64,000 nucleotides of DNA from an uncultured Verrucomicrobiae bacterium (GCA_963837955.1 CAWIPH010000002.1:1664001-1728000); one strand, 5' to 3'. Shown: positions 49,609-59,908, counted from the stretch's first letter. Program-made: numbers and translations. The notes: a model not told the origin generated them from the sequence alone.

Positions 49609-50080
49609 TTGGTGACCGGGATTTGGTGTGGACCGCTTTCATCCTTGAACCTTAACTCATCAAGCGAGTCCGTCGGAGGAGCCATTTTGATCGTGAGCCC
49701 TAAATGCATATTCGCTGTTTCCCTTTGCAGATTTCGACGCATTAGGGCGGTTTCTTCCGCCGCAATTCAAGCAAAATCTGTTTGAGAAGGGTGGAATCGG
49801 GATGGCCCGAATCCGGTGTTAGGAATGCTGACAGCGCAGATTGCCGAGATAATCTGGATGTCGTTGGATCGGGTCGCACGGGCCGTTTTGAGCCTGCCTA
49901 GCTGGTTAGAGCAAGGTAGCCATGTCATCGGCGTCCGATAGGCGCTCAAAGACAGTGTGTCTCCCAAAGATGAGAATGCATAGGTAACAAGGCAAAGGTT
50001 GTGCATTGACATAGGAGTCATAATTACCATAACAGTAATATATGATTCGACACGGTACGCCATGGAAGGCCAAAGATAAG

Positions 50081-51091
50081 ATGGTGGATAGGGCTTCCGG
50101 TCTGTGCCGGGTTCTCGGTGCGGCGCTCATGGTGACATGCGGTTCCTTCTCTGCCTTCGGGCAATCGAAGGTTACTGCTTATGGCATATTCGACCTTTTG
50201 CCTGTCGACTCGGTGCTAGCCCGTTTAAAAATCTCGCAAGTGAGCATTGCTGGACCAATCCTAACGTCGCTGGGAGTCGTGTTGCGAACCGACTGGAACA
50301 AAGTCGAAGGGGTAAAAGGTCAGTTCGACTGGTCGTTTCTCGACGAAGGCGTCGCCTTGGCCAAAGTGAGCAATAAGAAGATCTCAATAACGATCATCGC
50401 AGGCATCTATTCTCCTGCTTGGGTGTACACCGACGGCGCCGCGCAATTTGATATTACTCATGTAGGAGTCATGCCGTCACCGTGGGATCCTGTCTTTCAA
50501 GCGGACTGGGCAGCTTTTGTTAGCGCATTCGCCCAGCGATACGATCAGGTCCCGGAGGTCGCCTATATCACTATGTCCGGGCCTGGCCGAGGAGAGGAAC
50601 TATACTTTGTCGAGGCGAAAGACGACGTCGCGGACCTGAACGCACTCGGTGGAGTTCAGATTTGGGTGACCGCTGCCGAGAAAATCGCGGATATGTACGG
50701 TTCGACATTCAAGCAAACTCCTGTTCTGTATGCGACCGGACTGCCTGTTCCAGGCTCTGCCGGACGTACGGCTCTAAGCGATGTGGTTAATTATGACGTA
50801 AATGCTTATCCCGGCCACTTCGGAATTAAATCTGATGGCTTGCGTCCAAATTATTCGCCGAAGTCGTTCGGCGCTTTGACGATTCCCGCTCTTTCCGGGA
50901 CCACAACAGTCGGTTTTCAGATGTTACTGCCGTTCAATGGTGGCCAGAATATGCACGGTACCTTGCAGGATACGCTCAGCATAGGGATCTCTTACCGAGC
51001 CCATTTCATCGAAGTGTACGATGCTGATTGCAGCGACCCGTCCCAGTCTCAGACACTCAGCAGCGCTAACGTTCGCTTAACGGGGAGCTAA
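50081..51091 (+). CDS. Secreted glycoside hydrolase-like TIM barrel, paralog 1
   Basis: WNKVEGVKGQFDWSFLD, PAWV, PWDP; start uncertain (50042-50129). Confidence 0.7.
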   Translation: MVDRASGLCRVLGAALMVTCGSFSAFGQSKVTAYGIFDLLPVDSVLARLKISQVSIAGPILTSLGVVLRTDWNKVEGVKGQFDWSFLDEGVALAKVSNKKISITIIAGIYSPAWVYTDGAAQFDITHVGVMPSPWDPVFQADWAAFVSAFAQRYDQVPEVAYITMSGPGRGEELYFVEAKDDVADLNALGGVQIWVTAAEKIADMYGSTFKQTPVLYATGLPVPGSAGRTALSDVVNYDVNAYPGHFGIKSDGLRPNYSPKSFGALTIPALSGTTTVGFQMLLPFNGGQNMHGTLQDTLSIGISYRAHFIEVYDADCSDPSQSQTLSSANVRLTGS

Positions 51092-51270
51092 TAAGACCGG
51101 CATAACAATGCCTTCTTCACGTCCCGCCTTGGGCTGAGTTCGGTTGCTTTCGGGCATCACTTCTCAAGAGCTGCAAGGGTACTCGGGTTGTCAAACCCGC
51201 GCTAGAGCTAACGAAATGGTTCGTTAGAACCGACTCGCCATGAGCCGGGACGTGCTGCAGTAATAACGAA

Positions 51271-52305
51271 ATGATACGAGGCTTCTATCTTCTACTGGCG
51301 GTCCCAATTTTCTATGCATTTCCAATCTTCGGACAATCGACTGAGAAGGCTCGCGCGTCGGGGATTTTTTGTCTGATGCCGGCGGACAGCGTCGAGCACC
51401 CGTTTCGAGGCCTGGGAAGAGAACCTTGTTGGACAAACCCTAATATCCAGGGGGTCGCACTGCGGAGTCAGTGGGGAAAGATTGAACCGTCTGAGGGTCA
51501 TTTTGACTGGTCACTCTTTGATGAAGGGATCGCCTTAGCAAAGCAGTATCATAAGAAGGTTTCCCTTTCGGTAGTCGCCGGTACGACCACTCCAACATGG
51601 GTTTACCAGGCCGGAGCGACCCGATTCGATTTCCAGAAAATACACAAAAGGGGAGAGGTTGAAGGGATGACCCAGCCTTTGCCTTGGGACAAGGTGTTTC
51701 TCTCGAAATGGGGCGCCTTCGTCGCTGAGTTTAGTAAGCGTTATGATAACACATCCGAAGTGGCATATGTGACCATGGGTGGGCCGGGGCGTCGCGCCGA
51801 GACTTACTTCCTTGATTCAGCAGAAGATGTCGCCAAGCTCGATTCGATGGGCGGCATTCAGCGATGGGTGGAAGGATCAGAAAAGATCGTCGATCTGTAC
51901 GCCAGTGCATTTCAAAAGACGCCCTTCATTTTTGCTATCGCACCTCCGATTCCAGGACCGGCGGGAAACCAGGCACTCAAAGAGCTGGTCGACTATGGCG
52001 CAGCTACTTACCCGGGCCGTTTCGGGGTGAGATCCGACGGGCTCCGTCCGCGCTATGAAAAGTCCTCCTACGCCGCGCGGGCCATCCGTTCACTTTCCAA
52101 CAAAGCGCCTGTCGGTTTTCAGATGTCTCTACCATCCAAGGGAGGACGGCAGATGAGCGCAGGAACACTGGAGGACGCATTGAATATCGGTCTGGAGCTC
52201 GGCGCTCATTTCATCGAGGTATACAGATATGATTGCAACGACCCATCGCAAGCTCAGGTGCTGGAACGTATCAGCGCTAAGTTGGCGGCATCCCAGCGAG
52301 GCTGA
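51271..52305 (+). CDS. Secreted glycoside hydrolase-like TIM barrel, paralog 2
   Basis: Signal peptide; WGKIEPSEGHFDWSLFD, PTWV, PWD; collinear with paralog 1. Confidence 0.75.
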   Translation: MIRGFYLLLAVPIFYAFPIFGQSTEKARASGIFCLMPADSVEHPFRGLGREPCWTNPNIQGVALRSQWGKIEPSEGHFDWSLFDEGIALAKQYHKKVSLSVVAGTTTPTWVYQAGATRFDFQKIHKRGEVEGMTQPLPWDKVFLSKWGAFVAEFSKRYDNTSEVAYVTMGGPGRRAETYFLDSAEDVAKLDSMGGIQRWVEGSEKIVDLYASAFQKTPFIFAIAPPIPGPAGNQALKELVDYGAATYPGRFGVRSDGLRPRYEKSSYAARAIRSLSNKAPVGFQMSLPSKGGRQMSAGTLEDALNIGLELGAHFIEVYRYDCNDPSQAQVLERISAKLAASQRG

Positions 52306-52534
52306 AAAGACTACTAACTGAGTGGGGTTTAATTTCGTAAGTCAAACCAGGCAGATACCGAATTCATTCGATGGATTGGGGACTTCCCTGATAGAATTCA
52401 TCACCGTTTTCTATTTACCGTTTCGTAGCTTCTGGTAGCTTCGGCGGCAATTCGACTGCAACTGCGCAGCTAGGACAGCGACGACGAGTAGTCTGCAGGG
52501 AGAAAATGGAGCAAACGACAACTTGTAACTAGAT

Positions 52535-53704
52535 TTGAAAAAAGACTCTTCTAAGTCACTGTCAGGAAAAAAACTTAAGTCTACCGGCGCAGTCAGGTTA
52601 ACAGTAATTATTGTTCTAATATTACTGCTAGCCGCGGCGTCTCTTGCCGTATACGCCGTCCTCTATCAAATTCGTAACAGCCCGAAAATAGCACGTACAC
52701 TGGCATCGCCAATGCCAGTGGAAGCAGTCAAGGCGAAGGTTGCGAGCATCGAGGAAACGGTTGGAGGCAGCGGCCAGGTTTTACAGTTTAGTACTGTAAA
52801 CGTAACTTCCCGGATCACTTCAACTGCCCAAAAGCTGTTGGTGAACATCGGTGACCTCGTTAGCGTTGGAAAACCAATCCTCCAAGCCGACCGCCGAGCA
52901 TTCGAAGCCGAAGCGAAAGCGGCCGAAGCCCGAGTGGCTTCTACTCAGACGGAAGTGGAGAAGGATGCAAAAGAGCTTGAGGCGCAACAGGCCTTGCGCG
53001 GCAAAGGGCTGGCTGCAGATGTTGAGGTAGAACAGGCGCAGATCGCGCTGGACACAGCTAAAACGAGCCATGCTCAAGCGGAGAAGGATTTGGTCAACGC
53101 CCAGCTGGATTTGGAGTTTACCCTTTTAAATTCACCGGTGAACGGAATCGTGCTCGCACGATTTGTTAATCCGAATGAGCGATTTCAAATCAACCAGGTA
53201 CTTCTCCAACTTGGGGATCTCGACAAAGTTTATTTCCTCGCGAATCTCCAAGAGGAGGTGGTTGGGTACATCACTGCTGGTCAAAGTGTTGAGGTGATTT
53301 TTCCCTCGTTTCCCTCAACAACCTTTCCCGGCACCATCGAGCACATCGACCCCCGCACCGATCCGAAGACTAGAACCTTTACGGCTTACGTCACTATGAA
53401 TAACGAGGGTCTAAAGCTGAAGCCTGGCATCAGTGGCTTCGCCCGAATTCGGCTACAGAAGACGGCGTTAGCTGTGCCTACTGTGGCAGTAATGAACGCG
53501 GTGGGAGAAAATCCATCGGTTTTTGTGGTGAGCCCCGAATCGCGAGCAATCTTGACGCCGGTACGCGTCGGACTCAATGCCGGAGGAATGACGGAAATCC
53601 TCAGCGGTATAAACGAGGGTGATACCGTCGTAACCGTCGGGAGCTTGTATTTGAAAAACGGTGACAAGGTCCATGTCACTCTACCCAATGCGGACAACCC
53701 GTGA
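52535..53704 (+). CDS. Membrane fusion protein (MacA/RND-type adaptor)
   Basis: N-terminal TM helix, lipoyl halves (VNIGDLV, SPVNGIV), IDPRTDPKTRTF, LKPG; TTG start. Confidence 0.9.
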   Translation: MKKDSSKSLSGKKLKSTGAVRLTVIIVLILLLAAASLAVYAVLYQIRNSPKIARTLASPMPVEAVKAKVASIEETVGGSGQVLQFSTVNVTSRITSTAQKLLVNIGDLVSVGKPILQADRRAFEAEAKAAEARVASTQTEVEKDAKELEAQQALRGKGLAADVEVEQAQIALDTAKTSHAQAEKDLVNAQLDLEFTLLNSPVNGIVLARFVNPNERFQINQVLLQLGDLDKVYFLANLQEEVVGYITAGQSVEVIFPSFPSTTFPGTIEHIDPRTDPKTRTFTAYVTMNNEGLKLKPGISGFARIRLQKTALAVPTVAVMNAVGENPSVFVVSPESRAILTPVRVGLNAGGMTEILSGINEGDTVVTVGSLYLKNGDKVHVTLPNADNP

Positions 53705-53748
53705 GGGCCGGTAGCATTGCTTACTTTCAATCGACGTAAACTGTTTCT

Positions 53749-55245
53749 ATGAAACCGTCACAGCGTGTTGTTAAGAATGCGGCGTGGGGCATCCTTTCCG
53801 GTGTTGTCGGGGGTGGTATCCAGTTTCTTTCCGTCATTGTAGTGGCTCGGAGCTTGGGGGTTAGTGACTTCGGCACTTACAATTACCTGTTAGCGTTTGC
53901 TATCCTATTTCAATTTCTAGCCGATTTCGGGTTAGTGAATATTCTCGTGCGCGAGATCACGCGCCGGCCCGACGAGGTAAAACATTTGTTGGGAAGTGCC
54001 AAGGGGCTGATGTGGGTGTTATTCTTTCTTTCTTTGCCGCTGCTGGGGATCGCTGTCCTCGTGCAGAACATCCCGGGTGACATCAAGGCCCAGTCCTTTG
54101 TTATGGGTGTAGCAAGCCTGACTCTGCTGCAGGGCGTAAGCTATGCAGCCGTCTTGCGGGCATTCGAGGACATGGAGTTTAACTCGATCGGGTTTACTCT
54201 CCACAAGGTTGCGCTGCTAGTCTTCACCGTTGTCAGTCTAAAGGCTCGGCTCGGGTTGTGGGGACTGGTGATGGCGAATCTGGCGGCCAATCTCTTACTT
54301 TGGTTTTATTATGCTCAGGTAGTCGGCTGGCGCTTCCGTCTTCGGGTATCGCTAAATAAGGACATCGCCCTATGGAAGATCTTGATCGGGGAAGCGTTGC
54401 CTCTGGGTGGCGGGCTTTTGCTGCGCCAGGCCGGCTGGCAGTTAGATTCATTGTTGCTCTTTTGGTTGGCCGATTCTTACTCGGTGGGCCTTTTCGGTGG
54501 ACCGTATCGCTTGTTGTTGGCGGTCAGGCTATTGTCTATGATTCTGGTGTTGCCTCTCTATCCCGGACTGGTTCGGTTGGCCAAGGATTCTCTTGCCGCG
54601 TTCTGGGTCTCCTATGAGAGAGCTCTCAAATGGTTGATTTGCATGAGCCTCCCGGGCGCTATCGTCTTTTTGTTCACTCCGGCAATCGTGATCAAAACAC
54701 TCCTCGGCGCCAAGTTTCTAGCCGCGACTCCTGCATTGCAGTGGTTCGGCCTCGCGTTCGTGCCGATGTTCGTCTCGGCATTGTTTCCATATGTTTATGC
54801 CGCGATCGGACGGCAGCGGGTCTTCTTCGCGGCAATGGGCGTTACGCTGATTTTGCGGCTGGTGCTCGAGTTATGGCTAATTCCAAAATTTGGCTATATG
54901 AGCGCTTGTGTGATCGCGGTTGGGTGCGAAATCATACCTTTCGCGGCTTTTATCGTCTTACTCGGGTGGGGCCGATTCACACTGTCGCCATTAAACGTTT
55001 TCGTGAAACCGGCCTTCGCGGCCGCCGTAATGGGTGGAGTTCTCTTTCTGGGCCGCCCCTACCTGGGTGAGCGGCTGTCCTTTGCTCCGACTCTGCTTTT
55101 ATATTTTGCTGCCGGAACCGCCTATTTGGTAGCTCTGTTCTTTACCAGACCGTTTTCAAAGGAGGAAATCTCTTTAGCAAAAGAGGCGGCAGGCTTCCTA
55201 GGGCCGTATTTGCGCAGTGTGCGTCGCAAGCCGGAGACGCCGTAA
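53749..55245 (+). CDS. Wzx/MOP-family polysaccharide flippase
   Basis: VVKNAAW, ARSLG..DFG.Y, ADFGL...VREI, LIPKFGY; about 14 TM helices. Confidence 0.88.
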   Translation: MKPSQRVVKNAAWGILSGVVGGGIQFLSVIVVARSLGVSDFGTYNYLLAFAILFQFLADFGLVNILVREITRRPDEVKHLLGSAKGLMWVLFFLSLPLLGIAVLVQNIPGDIKAQSFVMGVASLTLLQGVSYAAVLRAFEDMEFNSIGFTLHKVALLVFTVVSLKARLGLWGLVMANLAANLLLWFYYAQVVGWRFRLRVSLNKDIALWKILIGEALPLGGGLLLRQAGWQLDSLLLFWLADSYSVGLFGGPYRLLLAVRLLSMILVLPLYPGLVRLAKDSLAAFWVSYERALKWLICMSLPGAIVFLFTPAIVIKTLLGAKFLAATPALQWFGLAFVPMFVSALFPYVYAAIGRQRVFFAAMGVTLILRLVLELWLIPKFGYMSACVIAVGCEIIPFAAFIVLLGWGRFTLSPLNVFVKPAFAAAVMGGVLFLGRPYLGERLSFAPTLLLYFAAGTAYLVALFFTRPFSKEEISLAKEAAGFLGPYLRSVRRKPETP

Positions 55246-56549
55246 TGAAGATCAGAGTAGGAGAGCTCTCCCGGTTCCTGCCAAGGCTAGGAGAGATCTG
55301 CTTTGGGCTGGTTATCGTAAGCCTTTTTTTTCATTGGTTTAATCCGGTCACTACTCCTGCCTTTACTGCCTTGAATTTCCCACTCTGGCAACCCGCGCGA
55401 CTGTGGCCTTCGTTATTCACTCCATTTTGCTACGCGCTTCCTGCTCTTGTCCTTTGTTGTCTTGGGTACCTCGGATGGAGGCTGCGAAAGAATGGGATCG
55501 TCTTGTGGGCCGCCCTATTGCTTCTTCTTCTCGGGCTGACTTTCTTTTTGAGGATCGTGTGCTGGGAGCCGACTTGGTTGAGGGCCGCGATAGAGGGTGG
55601 GCTAGATTTTGATCGTTGCTATAGTTTTGAGGTCACTCACAGCATCCCGGATGCGGTAAGAGGCGCGCCGGCCGGAGAACTGACCGGGACGATAGATGGA
55701 CTGCTAACGCGATTCGTTGCCGGCAATTCCGCTTTATCCTCGGGGTGGTATCTATACATGGCAAGTTCGTTACTCTGCTTAGTTGCCGGATTTAGCATGG
55801 GGACCGACTCGGGGAAACTCGGGTGGGTCGTTTTACCGGGGGCTTTACTCTCTGCAGCCGTTATTGCTGCGTTGCTTTGGCGTCCGATCGAAGGCGAGTT
55901 TCAGATCGCGGCCGGCGCCAATGCCGCTGCCAATGGGAGATTCGACGGAGCATTGGCCCATTATCGTCACGCCGTCGCGGTGGACAAGTGGAACAGGTTG
56001 CAGCCCGATGTTTATCTGGATATTGGAGCTTTGTACGCAGCGCGGAGCCAAAAGGACCAGCCGGAATTTCATCTTTATCGAGCAGTCCGATTTGAAGAGA
56101 AAGCGGACATGCCGCAAGCGCTCTTTGAATTGAACCAGGCCGCGGCGACCGCCAAACCGGATTTGGCGCTGATTGTCCAAAAGGAAGTCGACCGAGTTGC
56201 CCAGAAGTACGGTAAAGAACTTTATGCCCGCGGCAACCTAGGTGATGCGAAGAAACAATTTGAACTTTCCGCAGCGGTTCATCCTAACCAAATCGCAGCA
56301 TACTATTTGGCCGGGTCGTGCTGTTACGAAATGTCAGATTATTCTGCGGCAATCGACTACTTCAACAAAGCTTTATTGCGCACCAACCAGCGAACCCTGA
56401 GAGCCGACATCAGGTCCAGCCTAGGCGACTGCTATTTTAAGCTCGGAAATGTGGAGCTCGCCCGTTCTTACTACCTGGCCTCCCGCCTGGCAGATGACCG
56501 AAAGAACTATCGTGCGCTCAAAAGCTTAACAGAGAGTTACTACAGATAA
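55245..56549 (+). CDS. Membrane protein with C-terminal TPR repeats
   Basis: About 5 N-terminal TM helices; TPR-like YYLAGSCCYEMSDYSAAIDYFNKAL and LGDCYFKLGNVELARSYY. Confidence 0.8.
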   Translation: MKIRVGELSRFLPRLGEICFGLVIVSLFFHWFNPVTTPAFTALNFPLWQPARLWPSLFTPFCYALPALVLCCLGYLGWRLRKNGIVLWAALLLLLLGLTFFLRIVCWEPTWLRAAIEGGLDFDRCYSFEVTHSIPDAVRGAPAGELTGTIDGLLTRFVAGNSALSSGWYLYMASSLLCLVAGFSMGTDSGKLGWVVLPGALLSAAVIAALLWRPIEGEFQIAAGANAAANGRFDGALAHYRHAVAVDKWNRLQPDVYLDIGALYAARSQKDQPEFHLYRAVRFEEKADMPQALFELNQAAATAKPDLALIVQKEVDRVAQKYGKELYARGNLGDAKKQFELSAAVHPNQIAAYYLAGSCCYEMSDYSAAIDYFNKALLRTNQRTLRADIRSSLGDCYFKLGNVELARSYYLASRLADDRKNYRALKSLTESYYR

Positions 56550-56566
56550 GCGCGTACGCTCAGTTC

Positions 56567-59500
56567 TTGAATTGGTGCAGGACGCGACGTGGCATCGCCG
56601 GCGTTCTTCTGGTCATTGCTACCGCGATGTTTCTTGGCTATTACGGATGGCTTGCGCTGGCTGCCCCACCGTTTCCTTCATACAGGCTTGATTTTGCGGG
56701 TGCAGAATGGATTCGAGCGGCCGAGAACGGTCCTGACACCTATTTTCGGAAGAAATTTTATATAGGCGGGCGGATCGAGCAGGCGTGGATCCAGGTCGCG
56801 GCTTCGGACAATTTTCGACTCTTTATTAACGAAATCGAAATCCACAATGCTGGTAATCCTGGATCTGGCACCTGGACGGCGAGTGCGATGTCAGCCGAGC
56901 CGTCGATCATTTTGGACATTTCAAAATATTTGAAGATCGGAACGAATGCGATCGCGATCAATGTTCTGCGGGCTACCTACCCAGGTGCCGCGAAAGTGAA
57001 GGTGCGCGGCGCGATTAGACAGACGACAAGTCAGCAGGAATTTGTTTCCGACGGTACGTGGAAAGCTTCCGGTTTTTCGGGTGTGGTCGCTAACTTGGTT
57101 CCCTGGACGAGCCCATTATTGGACGACAATTTGTGGCCCAGGGCAGAGACTTTGACCGACGAAAGCAGTGACGAGAGGCTAATTCAGCCTGTCCCTGTGC
57201 CTCCTGTGCTCTTGCAGTTGCCGTTTAGAGGCGTTTGGATTGGGGATGGTCAGTCGGCTAGAGCTCAGATTAACTTTACGAAGCACTTCGATGTTTCACC
57301 CGGCACGGAGACTACCTGGTTGCAGGTTGCTTCCACCGGGAACTACACGGTGACTCTCAATGGCCACTGGCTCGGGGATTATCACGCCATATCCCCAAGC
57401 ATTCAGCTCTTTTATATTCAACGTTGGATTAAAGGCACAGGGAATGACCTTGTCATTCAGACGCGATCCCCCGGCCACCAGCCACTCCTCATCGCCGAAG
57501 TATCGTGTCTGGCTGCCCATAATAAAGTGTTATCAACGTTGGGAACTGGCTCCGACTGGACTGTTTCAGGCGTGGAGAGCGAAGCCAATCTCGCTGGACT
57601 GCCCAACGCGCAGGAGATGGGACAAGTTAATTATACGGGTGACCGATGGGGCGTCCCTCCGCGGGAGAACACCGTGGCGGAGCTTTCCTCTACCGAAAGA
57701 ACGCGGCAAACGCTTTTCGGTTTTTTGGTCATGGCCGTCACAGTCTTTGGTGTGTTCCTCCTTTGGCTGTGTTTGGCGCGCCTATTGGTTCGCGCCCGGA
57801 ATTTTAGTGCCGACGATGCGCTAAGCTTAGACGCTGCCCTCCATCTCCCGGTCCTTCTCCTCGTTGCCGTGTTGCTCTTGCTACGCTACGAGATCCGGTT
57901 ACTGCCGGAATCGGTCATACGCGCCGAATTCTTTTTCGGACTGCTCGCATTCCTTATCGGACTACGTCTCGTTGTTTGGCTCTCGCCGCGTTCTAAACGA
58001 GTCGAGAGCGAGACTGACCTGAATCAGAGTACATCGAGGCCGGCAGGATTTTTTTCGCGATTTTTACAAGAACGAGGTTTTGGCATAGCCCTCGGCCTGA
58101 TCGTAATTTTTGCTTTCGGTCTAAGGGTCGCTGCTATCAACACATTTCCGTTGGATCAGGATGATATCTTCATCCGGAGCTGTACGAAGGGGATTTTCTT
58201 ACGCGGGTATCCGTCCATCGACTACGGTGGTGTCCCTATCCGTTTGACTACCTATGAACTGGTCCCTTATCCAATTGCACTTTCGACGCTCTTCTTTGGG
58301 TGGAGCGATTGGGTGATCCGGGTGCCGGCTCTGGTATTTGGAACCTTAACGGCATTGGTGCTTGGACGTATGGGCCGGAGCCTCTATGGCCGGCGAGTCG
58401 GCCTTCTTGCCGCCCTTATCTATGCGTTTCTGCCTTGGAATGTCTTTTGGTCTCTTCATTGTTTTCATCCCCAACAAGCGCAATTTTTTGGTCTCCTGTG
58501 CATGTGGTCTTTCTATGCTGCGATCCGGGAGCCGGACGGATTAGACAAAAAATATTTCTATCGAAGTTGCTTCTTTTTTTGTCTGACTTACCTCTCGTGG
58601 GAAGGGACAGGATTTCTGCTTCCGGTCTTCGCGCTGGCGTTGTTACTAATGCATCCAGGCCGATGGGGATGGTTGCGAAAGTTTCATCTTTGGGCGGGGT
58701 TATTCGCAATCGGTGCGGTGGTCGTGATGCAGCTCGCCAGCCGCTATATGTCTTTGCCGCCATATTTAGCATTGGGTTACGGTCTGGCAGATCTCGGCAC
58801 GCCGGAGTTATATTTTCTTGATCCGCAGTGCCAGCCATTCTTCTATCTCACTTCAGTTTTCCTCACTGATCCTCATTTCCTCTTAACACTCTGTTTCTGT
58901 CTCGGTTTGTTATTCGTCGGGAAAAATGGACCCACGCGCTACTGCCTTATAGTCTTCCTAGGGTTGCTTCTATCTTATTCGCTTCTCCTTCCAGCGTACT
59001 CGCAGCGCTATTGCTATTACTATCAGACACTGTTGATTCTCGGCGCATGCGGAACATTCTTCCAGCTCTCTGACCGGATTTTCGGGCTAAGCCGCGGACT
59101 AAGGTGGCCGCTCGGCGACATGCTTATCCGATTGTGTACTGGCTTGGCACTAGTGCTTCTCTTTATATCGACGACAAATTGGGGGCTGAGGCTCTATCGA
59201 CTATCTGAGGGCCGTCTCGGCCAAACGGGCCTACGCTATGGATTGCGCTGGCAGGATAGTGCCAGCTCCGCCCGGTTTGTTGATTCGCAGCTCCAGTCTG
59301 GCGATATAGTCATTGCCGATCTGACCCAAGCATTCGAGCTTTATGGAGGCAAACTACCCGACTACGGCACGGATACGTTGCTGGGCTCCCGCATAGTCTA
59401 TAATCGCAACCGTCCGGTTCCTCGTTATGAGCACCGGATCACCAGCATTCCGATCATTCATAACGTTCAGCAGGTCCAAGAGATACTTCAGAAAGCTCGC

Positions 59501-59908
59501 CGGATATGGTATGTCACCACGTTTGAGCCGAATTCCACGTCACCGATGCAGAATAACGCCGCTGACCTTCTGACTAGGAATTCCCGCGTAGTCTACACCT
59601 GCTACAGTTCCATTGTTTACCTATGGGAAGGCTTCACCATGGTACCGGAGAAAATAATTCCAAATCTCGCGCTGCCGCCTCACCCCACACTCCCCGCCGA
59701 GTTCGATTCGTTGGTGAAGACTGCACTTGATCCGGCGAATCCTCCGGCTGCTCAACTGCCATTCGCGCGGCCGTTGAGACCAGAGGCTGCTCTTGACGAA
59801 GGAGCCGGTCGGTACCAACCGCAGGAACCACCTGCGCCCGATGGGACGCTCTTACCCTCAACCAAGTCGCTCGAGCCCCGATTAAGACCCACTCCAATTG
59901 CTCACTGA
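56567..59908 (+). CDS. GT-C glycosyltransferase (PMT/ArnT-like) with N-terminal beta-sandwich domains
   Basis: Two rhamnosidase-N-like modules (YFRKKF..QVAASDNFRLFIN; FTKHF..QVASTGNYTVTLNG), then DQDD, RVPALVFG and GLLAALIYAFLP in a multi-TM core. Confidence 0.8.
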   Translation: MNWCRTRRGIAGVLLVIATAMFLGYYGWLALAAPPFPSYRLDFAGAEWIRAAENGPDTYFRKKFYIGGRIEQAWIQVAASDNFRLFINEIEIHNAGNPGSGTWTASAMSAEPSIILDISKYLKIGTNAIAINVLRATYPGAAKVKVRGAIRQTTSQQEFVSDGTWKASGFSGVVANLVPWTSPLLDDNLWPRAETLTDESSDERLIQPVPVPPVLLQLPFRGVWIGDGQSARAQINFTKHFDVSPGTETTWLQVASTGNYTVTLNGHWLGDYHAISPSIQLFYIQRWIKGTGNDLVIQTRSPGHQPLLIAEVSCLAAHNKVLSTLGTGSDWTVSGVESEANLAGLPNAQEMGQVNYTGDRWGVPPRENTVAELSSTERTRQTLFGFLVMAVTVFGVFLLWLCLARLLVRARNFSADDALSLDAALHLPVLLLVAVLLLLRYEIRLLPESVIRAEFFFGLLAFLIGLRLVVWLSPRSKRVESETDLNQSTSRPAGFFSRFLQERGFGIALGLIVIFAFGLRVAAINTFPLDQDDIFIRSCTKGIFLRGYPSIDYGGVPIRLTTYELVPYPIALSTLFFGWSDWVIRVPALVFGTLTALVLGRMGRSLYGRRVGLLAALIYAFLPWNVFWSLHCFHPQQAQFFGLLCMWSFYAAIREPDGLDKKYFYRSCFFFCLTYLSWEGTGFLLPVFALALLLMHPGRWGWLRKFHLWAGLFAIGAVVVMQLASRYMSLPPYLALGYGLADLGTPELYFLDPQCQPFFYLTSVFLTDPHFLLTLCFCLGLLFVGKNGPTRYCLIVFLGLLLSYSLLLPAYSQRYCYYYQTLLILGACGTFFQLSDRIFGLSRGLRWPLGDMLIRLCTGLALVLLFISTTNWGLRLYRLSEGRLGQTGLRYGLRWQDSASSARFVDSQLQSGDIVIADLTQAFELYGGKLPDYGTDTLLGSRIVYNRNRPVPRYEHRITSIPIIHNVQQVQEILQKARRIWYVTTFEPNSTSPMQNNAADLLTRNSRVVYTCYSSIVYLWEGFTMVPEKIIPNLALPPHPTLPAEFDSLVKTALDPANPPAAQLPFARPLRPEAALDEGAGRYQPQEPPAPDGTLLPSTKSLEPRLRPTPIAH

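Noticed and set aside
53706..53720. RfaH ops-like element before the flippase
   Set aside because: GGCCGGTAGCATTG deviates from GGCGGTAG and sits mid-operon
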